NCBI GenBank assembly: GCA_039807745.1
Contig: JBDHRV010000002.1
Location: 3,598-67,597 of the forward strand
DNA: 64,000 nucleotides
Direction of reading: 5' to 3'
DNA from: Burkholderiales bacterium
GTDB lineage: Bacteria > Pseudomonadota > Gammaproteobacteria > Burkholderiales > JAEUMW01
The position numbers and the translations under genes are program-made. Below are positions 27,591 through 37,314 of this stretch, one piece after another. Position 1 is the stretch's first letter; every line of letters starts with the position of its first letter. Under the pieces are notes generated by a model. That model was given only the letters and a program-made list of their open reading frames with translations. It was not told the DNA's origin and did not search any database.

Positions 27591-27875
27591 ATGCGCCACC
27601 TCGGCATCCTGCTATTCATCGTCATCGCCGGCCTGCAGTATTCGCTTTGGTTCGGCAAGGGCGGCTGGATGAAAGTCTGGGACGTGGATCGACAGTTGCA
27701 GGCACAGCGCGAGACGAACCATGCTCTTAAGCTGCGCAACGCCGCTCTGGAAGCGGAGGTACGAGACCTCAAACAGGGCCTGCTGGCCGTCGAAGAGCGC
27801 GCGCGGAGCGACCTTGGACTGACACGTCACGACGAGATTTTCGTCCAGATCCTGGACGACCGAGATTCTCGTTGA
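27591..27875 (+). CDS. ftsB: cell division protein FtsB
   Basis: 94 aa. N-terminal TM helix followed by a coiled coil. ATG abuts the eno stop. Confidence 0.88.
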   Translation: MRHLGILLFIVIAGLQYSLWFGKGGWMKVWDVDRQLQAQRETNHALKLRNAALEAEVRDLKQGLLAVEERARSDLGLTRHDEIFVQILDDRDSR

Positions 27876-27876
27876 C

Positions 27877-27894
27877 AGGTCCGGATCCGGACCT
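27877..27894. terminator. perfect 18-nt palindrome between convergent ftsB and chpA (possible bidirectional hairpin terminator)
   Basis: AGGTCCGGATCCGGACCT. 7-bp GC-rich stem with a GATC loop. No flanking T/A tract, so function is uncertain. Confidence 0.3.
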
Positions 27895-27910
27895 CGGAGC
27901 CGGTGGCGCG

Positions 27911-30900
27911 TCAGGCGGTACCGGCAGCAGCCGTGAACGTGCTCAGATGCGCCAGTAATTCCTGCTCTTCGAACGGTTTCCCGAGATAGACGTTGACGCC
28001 CAACTTATCGGCGTATTCCCGATGCTTTTGGGCGAGCCTTGACGTGATCATGATGATCGGAAGGCGAGACGTGCGCTGACTAGCCTTCAGATTCTTGGTG
28101 AGATCGAAACCGTCCATGCGCGGCATCTCGATGTCCACCAGCAGCGCGTCAGGTGTCTTGTCTTGCATTTGCTGCAAGGCGTCAAGCCCATCACGCGCCG
28201 TGGCTACACGGTAACCATGTCTTGCGAGCAATCGGCTCGTGACGTTCCGAACGGTAAGAGAATCGTCCACGACCATGATCAAGGGAGCAGCCCGGCTCGT
28301 TTCGGCCGTCGCCTCGATCGCCGGCACCTGCCTGATTCGGCGCCGTTCCATGAGGAGCGCCGGGTCCACGACGAATACAATCTCGCCGTCTGGTAGAACG
28401 GTCGCACCGTTCACCCCGGGCAATCCAGCGAGTTGCGGCCCGATCGCTTTCAGGACGATGTCCTGATTGACGGTGAGGTGATCGACCAACACCGCGACGC
28501 GTCGATCTGCACTTCGTATCAGTAACACGAAATACTTCGAGCGATCAACGGACGGGGTGGTGCTCTCACCAAGCAGCTGCGGAAGATAGAAGACCGGATA
28601 GCGATGATCGAGCCACTCCAGCGCTTCGCTCGCACACAGATCAGACGCTCTGGCGACGGGAACTTCCTGCACCTGCTCGACAAGGTTCGTCAGAATCGCC
28701 CAGCGACGTCCCGATGCAGAAACGAGAATCGCCTTGGCCACGGCGAGGGTGAGGGGTACGCGAATGGTGAACGTGGTTCCCCGGCCGCTCTCCGTCGTGA
28801 TCTCGATACTTCCCCCGAGGGCGTATACCTCGTTCGCCACCACGTCCATTCCGACGCCGCGACCCGCAAGCTCGCTCACCTCCGAGGCCGTCGAGAATCC
28901 CGGACGCAAGATCATCTGCTCGAGCTCGGAGTGAGAGGGCTCGGCGCCGACAGGCAACCAGCCAAGCTCCCGCGCCTTGGTCCGGATGCGCTCATGGTCG
29001 ATCCCTCGTCCGTCATCGGCGAGGGAAATCAGCAGATCGTTGATCTCCTGACGCAGTATGAGGCGGATCGTTCCGGCCTCGCGTTTTCCCGCGCCCACCC
29101 GATCATCCAAGGCTTCGATGCCATGGGTGACCGCGTTCCGCACCAAGTGTTCGAGAGGCGCCGCCATGCGCTCCAGCACGCCGCGGTCGACCTCCGTTTG
29201 CCCACCGATCAACTCGAATTCCACCTTCTTGCCGGTCTCTCGAGCGGCTTGGCGCGCCACCCGATAGAGACGTTCTGACACGTTCTGAAACGTTACGGTG
29301 CGCAGCCGCATGAGATCATCCTGCAAGATCCGATTGAGGCGGGACTCCACACTCAATGCAGCCTGTACTTCGTCCACGCCGTCGAGCAGATGGCGCTGCA
29401 CCGTGGCCACGTCGTGGAGGCTTTCGGCCATGAGCCGGGTGAGTTCCTGAAATCTCGTGAAGCGGTCGAGCTCGAGCGGATCGAATGCGGCATCGTGCTC
29501 GATTGTCTGGTTCTGCGTCGCTTGCAAGCGGCTCTCGGCCTGGATCTCGATTTCTTTCAACTGACCTCGCAACCTAGCAACACTGTCGGTGAGCTCGATC
29601 AGGAATTGCTTCAGGGTCTGCGCCTCGGTTTCGATTCGCCCCCGGGAAATGCTTATCTCACCGGCCTGGTTCAGCAGGCGATCCAATGTATCGGCGGCCA
29701 CGCGAATGTGTGCCGAGAATGAGGGTACCGAGTCTCCAGTGCTGCGGTCCTGTGGCGCCTGCTTAGCGTAGCGGGAACCATCGATTGCGCCACCCGCTAC
29801 CGGTAGCTTCGATTCCGGCTCACCGCTTTCGAGTGCCTCAAGACCGATGGTGAGACGGTCGAATTCTCTCTCAAGCAGATCAAGAACATCGGGGTTCACC
29901 GCGCCGCCTTCGACAGCTTCCAGGCGCCCCTCCATAATGTGCACGAGTTCGCCGAGGCGGATCGCCCCGACCATCCTGGCACCCCCTTTGATCGTGTGGA
30001 GCACGCGCCGCAGGGAGTCGAACGCTGCCGCATCCTGCGGCTCGCTCCGCAGGTGCCTGAGATCCTCGCCGATAAGCGGACCAAGATCGCGAACTTCATC
30101 GAGAAAGATGGGTAACAGCTGAGGGTCGATGTCGTCCTTTAGCACCCGGTGATCGCGTGCGCCGCCAGACTCGCCATTACTAAAGGCAGACATCCCGCCG
30201 GAATCTGCTTCCGAGCGCTGCAGATCTTCTGCATCTTCCACTGAAAATTCGAGAGCGATCGCCGGTGGCGACGCCACACTTTCCCCGGCAGCGTCGCTGC
30301 ATGCGTCCGCCTCACGCTCGAACTGCGCGCGCAGATCTGCAGAAAGTTCCGGCGTTCTTCCCTTCGCCACCGCGTCGATCAGCGCCTTGAGGGTGGACAG
30401 CGCAGACCGCAATAGCTCAGAGGTGGTCGGGCAATCGGGATGACCAAATGGCGCGTTCTCGATTACGCTCGCAACGAGCGTGATGTCCTTGAAGCCGGTC
30501 GCACGGGCGATACCACCGATGGTGTGAGCAGCGCGAATCACGGTGTCCCGAGTTTCGTCGTCGGGAGCAAACTCGAGGGCCGCGAGCCCCATCCGGAGAG
30601 CCTCGACGTTCTGGCGTGCCTCCTCGACGAAGATTTGGAAGAGCGGGGCGGGCAGCGTCGAAAGGCTGGCCTCGACCGTATCCGGTGTCGGCTCAGCCGC
30701 TGCCGCTTCCATGGTCATATCAAGGGAAGCGATGGGAAGCGTGTCGTCAGGCTCCACAGTGCGGGGGATTCCTGCCCTGGGGGCTGCGAGTTCACTGGCA
30801 AGGAATGCCGTCTTGGCAGACAACGCACCGGCTCGCACAGTTGTGCGTCCTTGCTGCGCCATGTCCGTGATCCATCCCGTGAAGAGGTTGCGCGCCAGCG

Positions 30901-33220
30901 CAGCGAGGTCGATTAGCTCTTCGGATGCGGGCCGCTCGGCTTCCAACCATCGATTCAACAGTGATTCGATCATCCACGCAGCATCCCCGACTGCATGGAG
31001 GCCGGCCATGCGCCCGCTGCCCTTGAGCGTGTGAAACCCCCTTCGCAGCGTTGTAAGGTTACCCCAGTCACCTGGTTGAACGCGCGCGCGCTCGAGAAGA
31101 TCACCCATCGCCTCCAGCAGTTCGTTGGCCTCCTCTATAAAGATCGAGACGATCTCCGGATCGACTCCTTCGCTTCTGGCGTCGACCTCGATACCGTCGC
31201 GTTCCAGATCGCCGCTCGGCGCATCTGCCCCATGCCACTCTTGTTCAGCGGTTTCATCGCTCAGATGAGCTCGATGCTCCAGAATTGATTCGCCGGAGGC
31301 CGCTTGCAAGGCGTCAGGTTCGTCCCGCAGCGCGCTCAGATCGAAGCGATCAAGAATCTCGTCGATGTCCCCGTGTGTCACTTCTTCGCCGTCACGGTCT
31401 CCGTCCGATCGCCCCTCGGTCGGAAAAAGCTCGAAGTCAAGTTCGTCGGCATGTCCAGCCGGTCCGTCTTCGGCGATCGTCTGCAAATCGAGAACGGACG
31501 ATGAAGCGACCATCGCTTCCCTGGCGTCGAAGCGGGCGAGGATCGTTTCGACGGCGCGTAGTTCGTCGCGGTTGTCTCGGTCAAGCGCTCCAACGTAGAG
31601 CATGACGCTGCTCAGCCCTTCGGCAAGCAGCGCAGTCTTGTCCTCAGAGACGATTCGTCCCGGCTCGTCGAGCATCGCAATGATCGAGGTGGATCGTTCG
31701 ATGAGTTGCGCTGCGTTCTCCACATCCAGCACGCGCAGCGCACCCGCAACGCTTCCCAAGAGTCCCGGTAGCTCTATTAGAGGCGGGGTCGGTACCTGCC
31801 CCCGGAAGAAGCTGTCGAGACTCCGTTCCGCCTGCTGCAACGTGGCTAACATCTCACTGCCAACGACTTGCAGCAGTTCCCGTTCGTCTCCCGGTGAAGG
31901 GTTCGGTTCGTTGCGTGCACGGTTACAGCGTTCGGCAGCCGCTTGAGTACGTGATAGGCATGCAAGCAGTGTCCGCCGTCGCGCATCGAACTCTGCAATC
32001 GCCTCTGGCATGGAGATTCGGCACGCTTCCAGTCTTTCTTCCAAGGCGCTCAATGCGGCCGCGGTCTCGATAACGATCGCCGCCTGCACGTCGGCATCCA
32101 GAACTGCGAGATCCGCGGTCGTCAGCAGCATTGCGTCGATCAGCGCCGTCACCGGTTGGCTGCGGATCGCGTGGCTTAGCTCACATAGTTCCGTGAGACA
32201 TTCTTGAAGCTCCGCGGCAACTTCCTGCGTCATCGCGCGTCGATGCTCCGCCCGGACACACGTGTCGGGCGCGATTAGTTCTTTGGCCCGGCGCAGCACC
32301 GGCTCGAACTCCGCGGTATCGATCTCGACAACAGCCCACGACGCCGAGGCTGGCGCATAGCGATAGAGCCCATAGAGTGACTTCACATCACGCACGAGCG
32401 CTGTAACTGGCTCACACTGAACCAAGTGAAAGAGCAACTCTCGCATCAGCTGCGTGCTGGCTGGGTCCCCCGAAGCAAAGGTTGCCATATACCGATCGAT
32501 TCGACCCGCAGCCCGCTTCATTTCGTCCGTGACTGCAAATCCGCCACGCAGCAATCCGTCGACGAAAGCCGAGCTTACCCACCACGGTGCGCGTCTGCCC
32601 GGCGCCGGCTGGGCACGCTCAATTTCCTGGAGTGCCTCCAGCATTTGTACGAGACCGTCTTCTGAGCCGCGTAACCAGTTCAGCATGCCGCGTTGATAGC
32701 GCCCGCGACACACTCTGACGAAGTCGAAGAGTTCGTCGCCTTGGAGCAGGTTGGGGGACGCAAGCGGCGGAGGGAAGACGCTCAAGTCCGGGTGGAACAG
32801 CGCATAGTCGTCGACAGGTTGGCCGCCCCGCGCCTGCGCCAATTCGTTCAAGAGTGGACGCAGCGACACCGCATTCTCGGGTGCGCCCGCCATCAGATCG
32901 CCAAGATGGCGCGCAAGACTCGCACTGGCCCTGCCGAGTAGCTGCGCCAGTTCAGGCGTCGGCGCGATGTCGCGCTTCTCGAGCGCGACGAGAACAGCGT
33001 CGATGTCCTTCGAGAACGCGCCGAGTGCCTCCATCCCGATGATCTGGAGCGCGCCGGTGACTTCACGCACCGAGGCGAGGGCCGCCGATAGGGTGTCGGC
33101 GTTGCCCGCTGGATCAGCGAAGTAGGTCGCGAGCGAGGCACGCGCCCGCTCGAGCGCAAAGTCGATCTCTGGCTTCACCCATGTCAGGGGGCCAAGCTGG
33201 GTTGCGAGAATGGCGCTCAT
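27911..33220 (-). CDS. chpA: ChpA/PilL-type hybrid CheA histidine kinase (multi-Hpt, HATPase, CheW-like, C-terminal receiver)
   Basis: 1769 aa from the Met at 33220 (LTWVKPEIDFALERA resembles ChpA/FimL N-termini). Hpt motifs FHTLKGSGRMAG, AAHTIGGIARATG, VLHTIKGGARMVG. N box HLVRNAVTHGIE, DDGRGID, GRGVGMDVV. Receiver IMVVDDS..VDIEMPRMDG. Confidence 0.9.
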   Translation of the reverse strand: MSAILATQLGPLTWVKPEIDFALERARASLATYFADPAGNADTLSAALASVREVTGALQIIGMEALGAFSKDIDAVLVALEKRDIAPTPELAQLLGRASASLARHLGDLMAGAPENAVSLRPLLNELAQARGGQPVDDYALFHPDLSVFPPPLASPNLLQGDELFDFVRVCRGRYQRGMLNWLRGSEDGLVQMLEALQEIERAQPAPGRRAPWWVSSAFVDGLLRGGFAVTDEMKRAAGRIDRYMATFASGDPASTQLMRELLFHLVQCEPVTALVRDVKSLYGLYRYAPASASWAVVEIDTAEFEPVLRRAKELIAPDTCVRAEHRRAMTQEVAAELQECLTELCELSHAIRSQPVTALIDAMLLTTADLAVLDADVQAAIVIETAAALSALEERLEACRISMPEAIAEFDARRRTLLACLSRTQAAAERCNRARNEPNPSPGDERELLQVVGSEMLATLQQAERSLDSFFRGQVPTPPLIELPGLLGSVAGALRVLDVENAAQLIERSTSIIAMLDEPGRIVSEDKTALLAEGLSSVMLYVGALDRDNRDELRAVETILARFDAREAMVASSSVLDLQTIAEDGPAGHADELDFELFPTEGRSDGDRDGEEVTHGDIDEILDRFDLSALRDEPDALQAASGESILEHRAHLSDETAEQEWHGADAPSGDLERDGIEVDARSEGVDPEIVSIFIEEANELLEAMGDLLERARVQPGDWGNLTTLRRGFHTLKGSGRMAGLHAVGDAAWMIESLLNRWLEAERPASEELIDLAALARNLFTGWITDMAQQGRTTVRAGALSAKTAFLASELAAPRAGIPRTVEPDDTLPIASLDMTMEAAAAEPTPDTVEASLSTLPAPLFQIFVEEARQNVEALRMGLAALEFAPDDETRDTVIRAAHTIGGIARATGFKDITLVASVIENAPFGHPDCPTTSELLRSALSTLKALIDAVAKGRTPELSADLRAQFEREADACSDAAGESVASPPAIALEFSVEDAEDLQRSEADSGGMSAFSNGESGGARDHRVLKDDIDPQLLPIFLDEVRDLGPLIGEDLRHLRSEPQDAAAFDSLRRVLHTIKGGARMVGAIRLGELVHIMEGRLEAVEGGAVNPDVLDLLEREFDRLTIGLEALESGEPESKLPVAGGAIDGSRYAKQAPQDRSTGDSVPSFSAHIRVAADTLDRLLNQAGEISISRGRIETEAQTLKQFLIELTDSVARLRGQLKEIEIQAESRLQATQNQTIEHDAAFDPLELDRFTRFQELTRLMAESLHDVATVQRHLLDGVDEVQAALSVESRLNRILQDDLMRLRTVTFQNVSERLYRVARQAARETGKKVEFELIGGQTEVDRGVLERMAAPLEHLVRNAVTHGIEALDDRVGAGKREAGTIRLILRQEINDLLISLADDGRGIDHERIRTKARELGWLPVGAEPSHSELEQMILRPGFSTASEVSELAGRGVGMDVVANEVYALGGSIEITTESGRGTTFTIRVPLTLAVAKAILVSASGRRWAILTNLVEQVQEVPVARASDLCASEALEWLDHRYPVFYLPQLLGESTTPSVDRSKYFVLLIRSADRRVAVLVDHLTVNQDIVLKAIGPQLAGLPGVNGATVLPDGEIVFVVDPALLMERRRIRQVPAIEATAETSRAAPLIMVVDDSLTVRNVTSRLLARHGYRVATARDGLDALQQMQDKTPDALLVDIEMPRMDGFDLTKNLKASQRTSRLPIIMITSRLAQKHREYADKLGVNVYLGKPFEEQELLAHLSTFTAAAGTA

Positions 33221-33236
33221 GTGATCTTGTCGGCAG

Positions 33237-35459
33237 TTACACCTTGAAGCCGGCAACCGACACTTTCAGGTTGTTGGCGAGATCAGCGATCTGAGCCATG
33301 GAATCCGCAGTCCACCTGGTTCCCTTGGTGCTCTGTGTCGTGATGTTGAGCAGGTCTTGCATGCGCTGCGCCATCTGCTTGGCGAGTTGCTGTTGGTTCG
33401 ACGTGGACGAGGAGATCGATGCGACGAGCTGCGCGAGCTGTCCCGAAACGTCGCGAATTTCCTCCAGGGCACGCCCTGCAGAATCGGCGAGTTGGGCACC
33501 TCGCACGACGCCGTTCGTGCTCTTCTCCATGGCGGCTACGGCGTCCTGCGTATCCTGTTGAATCGCCTTCACGATCGCTGTGATCTGCTTCGTTGCCTCA
33601 CCCGACCGCTCCGCCAGTCTCTGCACCTCCTCGGCGACAACCGTAAAGCCGCGCCCTGCTTCTCCCGCGGCGGCGGCCTGAATCGCAGCGTTGAGAGCGA
33701 GAACGTTGGTCTGCTCGGTAATTGTTGCGATCAGCTGAACGATCTCGCCGATCTCCTGCGAGCTCTCGCCGAGTCGTTTGATTCGCTTCGACGTCTCCTG
33801 AATCTGCTCGCGCAAGGCGTTCATGCTCGAAATCGAGTCCTGCACCGCGCTCCCGCCTTTGCCTGAGGCTGCAAGCGATTGCTCCGCCACCTCCGCGCAC
33901 TTCGATGCGTCATCCGAGACGGAATCCATGGTGGAAGTCATTTGCAGGACCGACGAGGTGGCGTCTTCGATCTGCTGAGACTGCTTCTCGGCTACCTGCA
34001 GGAGGTGAACCGAAACAGCTTTTCCCTGCGTGGAAGACTGAGTGAGCTGATTCGCAGCGGCGTTGATCTGGGCAACGAGGGAGCGCAGTTCGTCTATGGC
34101 ATAGTTCACGGAATCCGCGATCGCACCCGTCATGTCTTCGGTTACTTGTGCGTGTTTGGTCAGATCGCCTTCCGCGAGCTCCGACATATCATCCAGCAAG
34201 CGAAGAATCGCTCGTTCGTTGCGGCGGTTTTCCTCTTCGTTCTTGAGCGCGCGCACGCGAACGTCGTCGAGCAGCACCTTGGCGATGAGCGCCAACCCGA
34301 GCAGGGTGAGCATCGTAAACAGAACGCCGGTCGCAATGCTGCCCCATCCGGTCCCCGATTCCCGGTAGTGGTTTGTCAACACAGCCAGCCTGCCAAGCAT
34401 TTCCTGGGCACTATTGGAGACGTCGCGCGCCGCCTGCTTGGCCTGTGCGAGTCCCTCCATATTCTTGACGATGCTATCGATATTTCCTTTGAGTTCGGTT
34501 ACAGTCTTGAGCAAGTCGGTCGCGATGTCTCGATTGACCTGATTCCTAAGAGCACTGATTCCCGTGTCGGGGTCGCCATCCATAAGTCCCTTGACCGCTT
34601 TCGTGAAGCTACCCACGTTCTTCCCGAGCTGGAGGGCTACCTGCGGCGTCGGATGATCAGTGGATACAAGCGACTTCGCATCGAGGAGTTCGAAGTTGAG
34701 TACGTCTGCATACAGCTGGCGCGTCCATGCGGTAGCACGGAAGTCCTCCCCCTTGTCGATCGCTCCGTTGACGAGCGCTTGACTGAGACTCAACACTCGA
34801 GTGCCGCTCTTCCCGATGGACTCCTCTTGTTTGCGCAACTGCACGAGATTCGGCTGTTGACTGCGAACCTTACTCACTTGCTTGTCGATAGACTGCCAGA
34901 TTTCGGCAATCTTCCCCAGCATCAGCTCTTCTTTCCCGGTTGGAGCAGGTAGATCGAAGCCTCTAAGCGCACCGCCCTGACTCAGCAGCGTGAGCTCAGC
35001 AACGAGGCGGTCACGGGTTTCCTCGAGCGGCTTAAACGCTTCGATACCGCCCACGGCGGCTTGCTGGGTCAGATTGGCGAGGCGAAGCGACAGCAGTTGA
35101 ATGTCGTTGGCGATCAGCGCCTGCTCGCGTCTGAGGCGAGTTTCCGAAACGGAAACGCCGAAGGTGGCGAGAGTCAAGAGAAGAAGTAGTGCGATGAGTA
35201 TCGAAAGCACCGTAATCTGCTTCGAGAACGACAGTCTCCCGATCAAGGGTATCTGCCAGTTTGCTCCGGCGTTTCCACCCTGCCTCAGACGCCCGACGAA
35301 GTCGCGCCATGTAGATGTATGCCCGCTTTCGGGACCCGTGGAGAGTTTCTCACATGGCCCTCCCACCTCAGGAGTCGCTTGCGTGGTTTCTCTTTCTATC
35401 GCAGGCTTCTTGCCGAATGGAAGCGAGGGCAGCTTCAGAGCAGCGACGATAGACGCCAT
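33237..35459 (-). CDS. pilJ: PilJ-type methyl-accepting chemotaxis protein
   Basis: 740 aa. Two TM segments flank a large periplasmic domain. Conserved MCP signalling hairpin [29 protein letters not shown]. Confidence 0.9.
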   Translation of the reverse strand: MASIVAALKLPSLPFGKKPAIERETTQATPEVGGPCEKLSTGPESGHTSTWRDFVGRLRQGGNAGANWQIPLIGRLSFSKQITVLSILIALLLLLTLATFGVSVSETRLRREQALIANDIQLLSLRLANLTQQAAVGGIEAFKPLEETRDRLVAELTLLSQGGALRGFDLPAPTGKEELMLGKIAEIWQSIDKQVSKVRSQQPNLVQLRKQEESIGKSGTRVLSLSQALVNGAIDKGEDFRATAWTRQLYADVLNFELLDAKSLVSTDHPTPQVALQLGKNVGSFTKAVKGLMDGDPDTGISALRNQVNRDIATDLLKTVTELKGNIDSIVKNMEGLAQAKQAARDVSNSAQEMLGRLAVLTNHYRESGTGWGSIATGVLFTMLTLLGLALIAKVLLDDVRVRALKNEEENRRNERAILRLLDDMSELAEGDLTKHAQVTEDMTGAIADSVNYAIDELRSLVAQINAAANQLTQSSTQGKAVSVHLLQVAEKQSQQIEDATSSVLQMTSTMDSVSDDASKCAEVAEQSLAASGKGGSAVQDSISSMNALREQIQETSKRIKRLGESSQEIGEIVQLIATITEQTNVLALNAAIQAAAAGEAGRGFTVVAEEVQRLAERSGEATKQITAIVKAIQQDTQDAVAAMEKSTNGVVRGAQLADSAGRALEEIRDVSGQLAQLVASISSSTSNQQQLAKQMAQRMQDLLNITTQSTKGTRWTADSMAQIADLANNLKVSVAGFKV

Positions 35460-36029
35460 TTATTGGTTCTCCTGTGAGGTGGCTACCGGGACCCCCGGCC
35501 CCCCATAAGTCTCAACTCCCAGGGGCGCAATTTGGAGGAAACGGGTACTCCGGGTCAGTTCTGCGACGTTCAGTTCCCGCCATATGCGTCCATCAGAGTC
35601 GGCATACGCTGCGCATTGCCAGGCGGAGCTCTCCACATCACTTTGATTCAGCGCCTTCACCTGGCGCAAGCCGAGGCTGCGGCGTACGAGCAGCGCTGCT
35701 TGCGCGCGGTATCTCGCGTGCAGCACAACCAAACGACTGTCCGAGGTTGTTGGTGTTGCCGCGGCGTTTTCGAATCTCGCAAGGTCTGTCACGGAGAACA
35801 GACTACCCCGGACGTTGGCGACGCCGACGAACCAGTCCGTGGCAAGGGGCACTGACACCAAACGCGGAACTGGAATCACCTCGCTGACATCGGTGAGGGC
35901 GACCACCCAAGTCCATTTCCCAGCCTCGAAACCGAAGTGTGAGGAGGACGCAACCGCGCCAGCCTTGGCGTGAAAGCGGTCGAAGAGGTGCTGCTGGTAC
36001 TCGCGAAGAGTGGCGTTATGCGCCTGCAT
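35460..36029 (-). CDS. pilI: CheW-like coupling protein PilI
   Basis: 189 aa CheW-domain protein (VPLATDWFVGVANVRGSLFSVTDL). Its stop abuts the pilJ ATG. Confidence 0.85.
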   Translation of the reverse strand: MQAHNATLREYQQHLFDRFHAKAGAVASSSHFGFEAGKWTWVVALTDVSEVIPVPRLVSVPLATDWFVGVANVRGSLFSVTDLARFENAAATPTTSDSRLVVLHARYRAQAALLVRRSLGLRQVKALNQSDVESSAWQCAAYADSDGRIWRELNVAELTRSTRFLQIAPLGVETYGGPGVPVATSQENQ

Positions 36030-36041
36030 GAAAGCTCCGCG

Positions 36042-36407
36042 TCAGGTGAGTGCCGCGATCTTCTGTAACAGCTCCGCTTCTATCACAGGCTTGACGAGGT
36101 ACTCGCGCGCGCCCTGACGCAGCCCCCAGATCTTGTCGGTTTCTTGACCCTTGGAGCTGCAGATGATGATTGGAATGTGCTTGGTGCCCTCATTCCTAGA
36201 GATCGAGCGTGTTGCCTGGAAACCGCTCGCACCCGGCATGACCACGTCCATGAGAATCACGTCTGGTTGAATCTCGTCGGCTTTGCTCAGGGCCTCGGTT
36301 CCATTCTCCGCCGTAAATACCACGTACCCATTCTTCTGAAGCATCTCCGAGAGCAAGTAACGCTCGGCTTTCGAATCGTCGACGATCAAAACCTTCCTAT
36401 TTGGCAT
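36042..36407 (-). CDS. pilH: single-domain response regulator PilH
   Basis: 121 aa from the Met at 36407: MPNRKVLIVDDS..VILMDVVMPGASGF..K. The track ORF start at 36611 overlaps pilG. Confidence 0.88.
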   Translation of the reverse strand: MPNRKVLIVDDSKAERYLLSEMLQKNGYVVFTAENGTEALSKADEIQPDVILMDVVMPGASGFQATRSISRNEGTKHIPIIICSSKGQETDKIWGLRQGAREYLVKPVIEAELLQKIAALT

Positions 36408-36430
36408 GATGTCACTCCCGTCTATGCATC

Positions 36431-36865
36431 TTACATGTCTTGCGTATGCTGGCGCACGGCGCTTATGAGGTCGTCCTTCGTAAAGGGCTTCGTGAGGTAC
36501 TCGTCTGATCCAACCAGACGGCCGCGTGCGCGGTCGAAGACTCCGTCTTTGCTCGAGAGCATGATCACCGGGGTACTGCGAAACTTCACGCTGCGCTTGA
36601 TCAGGGCACAAGCTTGATACCCGTCCAGGCGGGGCATCATGACGTCCACGAAGATCACGTCGGGTTCGTGCTCGGTGATTTTCGTGAGCGCGGCGAAGCC
36701 GTCCTCAGCAAGAATCACGTCGTAGCCAGCTTGGGTGAGAAACACCTCAGCACTTCGCCGAATGGTGTTGCTGTCGTCGATCACGAGGACCTTGACGCCC
36801 GGATGACCTACATTGGCAGAAGCATCGTCCGGTTGCAATTGCGAAGCTTCACTCCGTTCGCTCAT
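36431..36865 (-). CDS. pilG: single-domain response regulator PilG
   Basis: 144 aa. VLVIDDSNTIRRSAE..VDVMMPRLDGYQACALIK..STPVIMLSSKDG..SDEYLTKPF closely follows the PilG pattern. Confidence 0.9.
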   Translation of the reverse strand: MSERSEASQLQPDDASANVGHPGVKVLVIDDSNTIRRSAEVFLTQAGYDVILAEDGFAALTKITEHEPDVIFVDVMMPRLDGYQACALIKRSVKFRSTPVIMLSSKDGVFDRARGRLVGSDEYLTKPFTKDDLISAVRQHTQDM

Positions 36866-36950
36866 TTGGCCACTCGCTCGGAGGAAGAGTCATGTCATTC
36901 AACTTGACCATCGGGTTCTCGTCTCGGGCTGTTGCGCTAGGTAGAAAAAT

Positions 36951-36990
36951 CTCAACAGAAATAACAGAAATGTGTGCTCAACAAAGAAAT
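36951..36990 (-). repeat. short direct repeats in the pilG leader
   Basis: Plus strand: CTCAACAGAAAT (36951-36962) and CTCAACAAAGAAAT (36977-36990). AACAGAAAT is tandemly duplicated at 36954-36971. Confidence 0.6.
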
Positions 36991-37026
36991 CTGTTCCACT
37001 TCAGAGCCTTGAGCAGCGGGCCTTTA

Positions 37027-37042
37027 AGCAGGAGGCATGCCA
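37027..37042 (-). promoter_or_regulatory. candidate sigma54 (RpoN) -24/-12 promoter facing pilG
   Basis: Minus strand reads TGGCAT-GCCTC-CTGCT versus consensus TGGCAC-N5-TTGCW. The GG and GC dinucleotides have correct spacing. It lies about 160 nt upstream of the pilG ATG. Confidence 0.45.
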
Positions 37043-37088
37043 CGGAAAAGCCACAGGGAAGAATCGTCGCAAACTCGCTGACGAAATG

Positions 37089-37114
37089 TTATCCGCGCTA
37101 TGGTTTATCGGCGC
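37089..37114 (-). repeat. 10-nt direct repeat pair upstream of the sigma54-like element (possible activator site)
   Basis: Plus strand TTATCCGCGC (37089-37098) and TTATCGGCGC (37105-37114). 9/10 identical, 16-nt periodicity, 47-72 nt upstream of the -24 element. Confidence 0.4.
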
Positions 37115-37191
37115 ACTCTGATCCTCCTGAGCCGTGGGGACATCACATGAGTCGCATCATGCACATCGCGCGCGACGTCTGGCCGAGACTG

Positions 37192-37224
37192 CAAGCCGCA
37201 GTGCGGTTCGATCCCACTGGCTTG
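37192..37224. other. bulged 10-bp hairpin whose loop contains a T-loop-like GGTTCGATCC
   Basis: CAAGCC-gc-AGTG / loop cggttcgatcc / CACT-GGCTTG. Function unknown. Confidence 0.3.
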
Positions 37225-37298
37225 TCGTGGTCTCTCCCTGACGGAAAGCCTTCCGTGCCGCTCGGGAAGAACTTGCCTTTCCAAACGACTGTGATGCG

Positions 37299-37314
37299 CA
37301 TAATGTATATTATG
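37299..37314. repeat. AT-rich inverted repeat just downstream of tatD
   Basis: CATAAT-GTAT-ATTATG. It sits in the most AT-rich patch of the spacer. Confidence 0.5.

Noticed and set aside
33221-33256. Alternative chpA start at 33256, overlapping pilJ by 20 nt.
   Set aside because: The Met at 33220 yields MSAILATQLGPLTWVKPEID, which matches the ChpA/FimL N-terminal pattern. The 12 extra residues ([12 protein letters not shown]) look non-native. This remains unproven.
37200-37224. GGTTCGATCC as a remnant of a tRNA 3' end or att site flanking the Pil-Chp cluster.
   Set aside because: With a 7-nt T-loop only 3 of 5 T-stem pairs form. No acceptor/CCA-like continuation follows. No matching repeat occurs at the other end of the cluster near 27.9 kb.
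37143-37301. 52-aa minus-strand ORF (MRITVVWKGKFFPSGTEG..) in the spacer where pilZ might have been expected.
   Set aside because: It has no Shine-Dalgarno sequence and starts inside an AT-rich palindrome. It has no PilZ motifs (RxxxR, DxSxxG) and is far too short for a PilZ domain.
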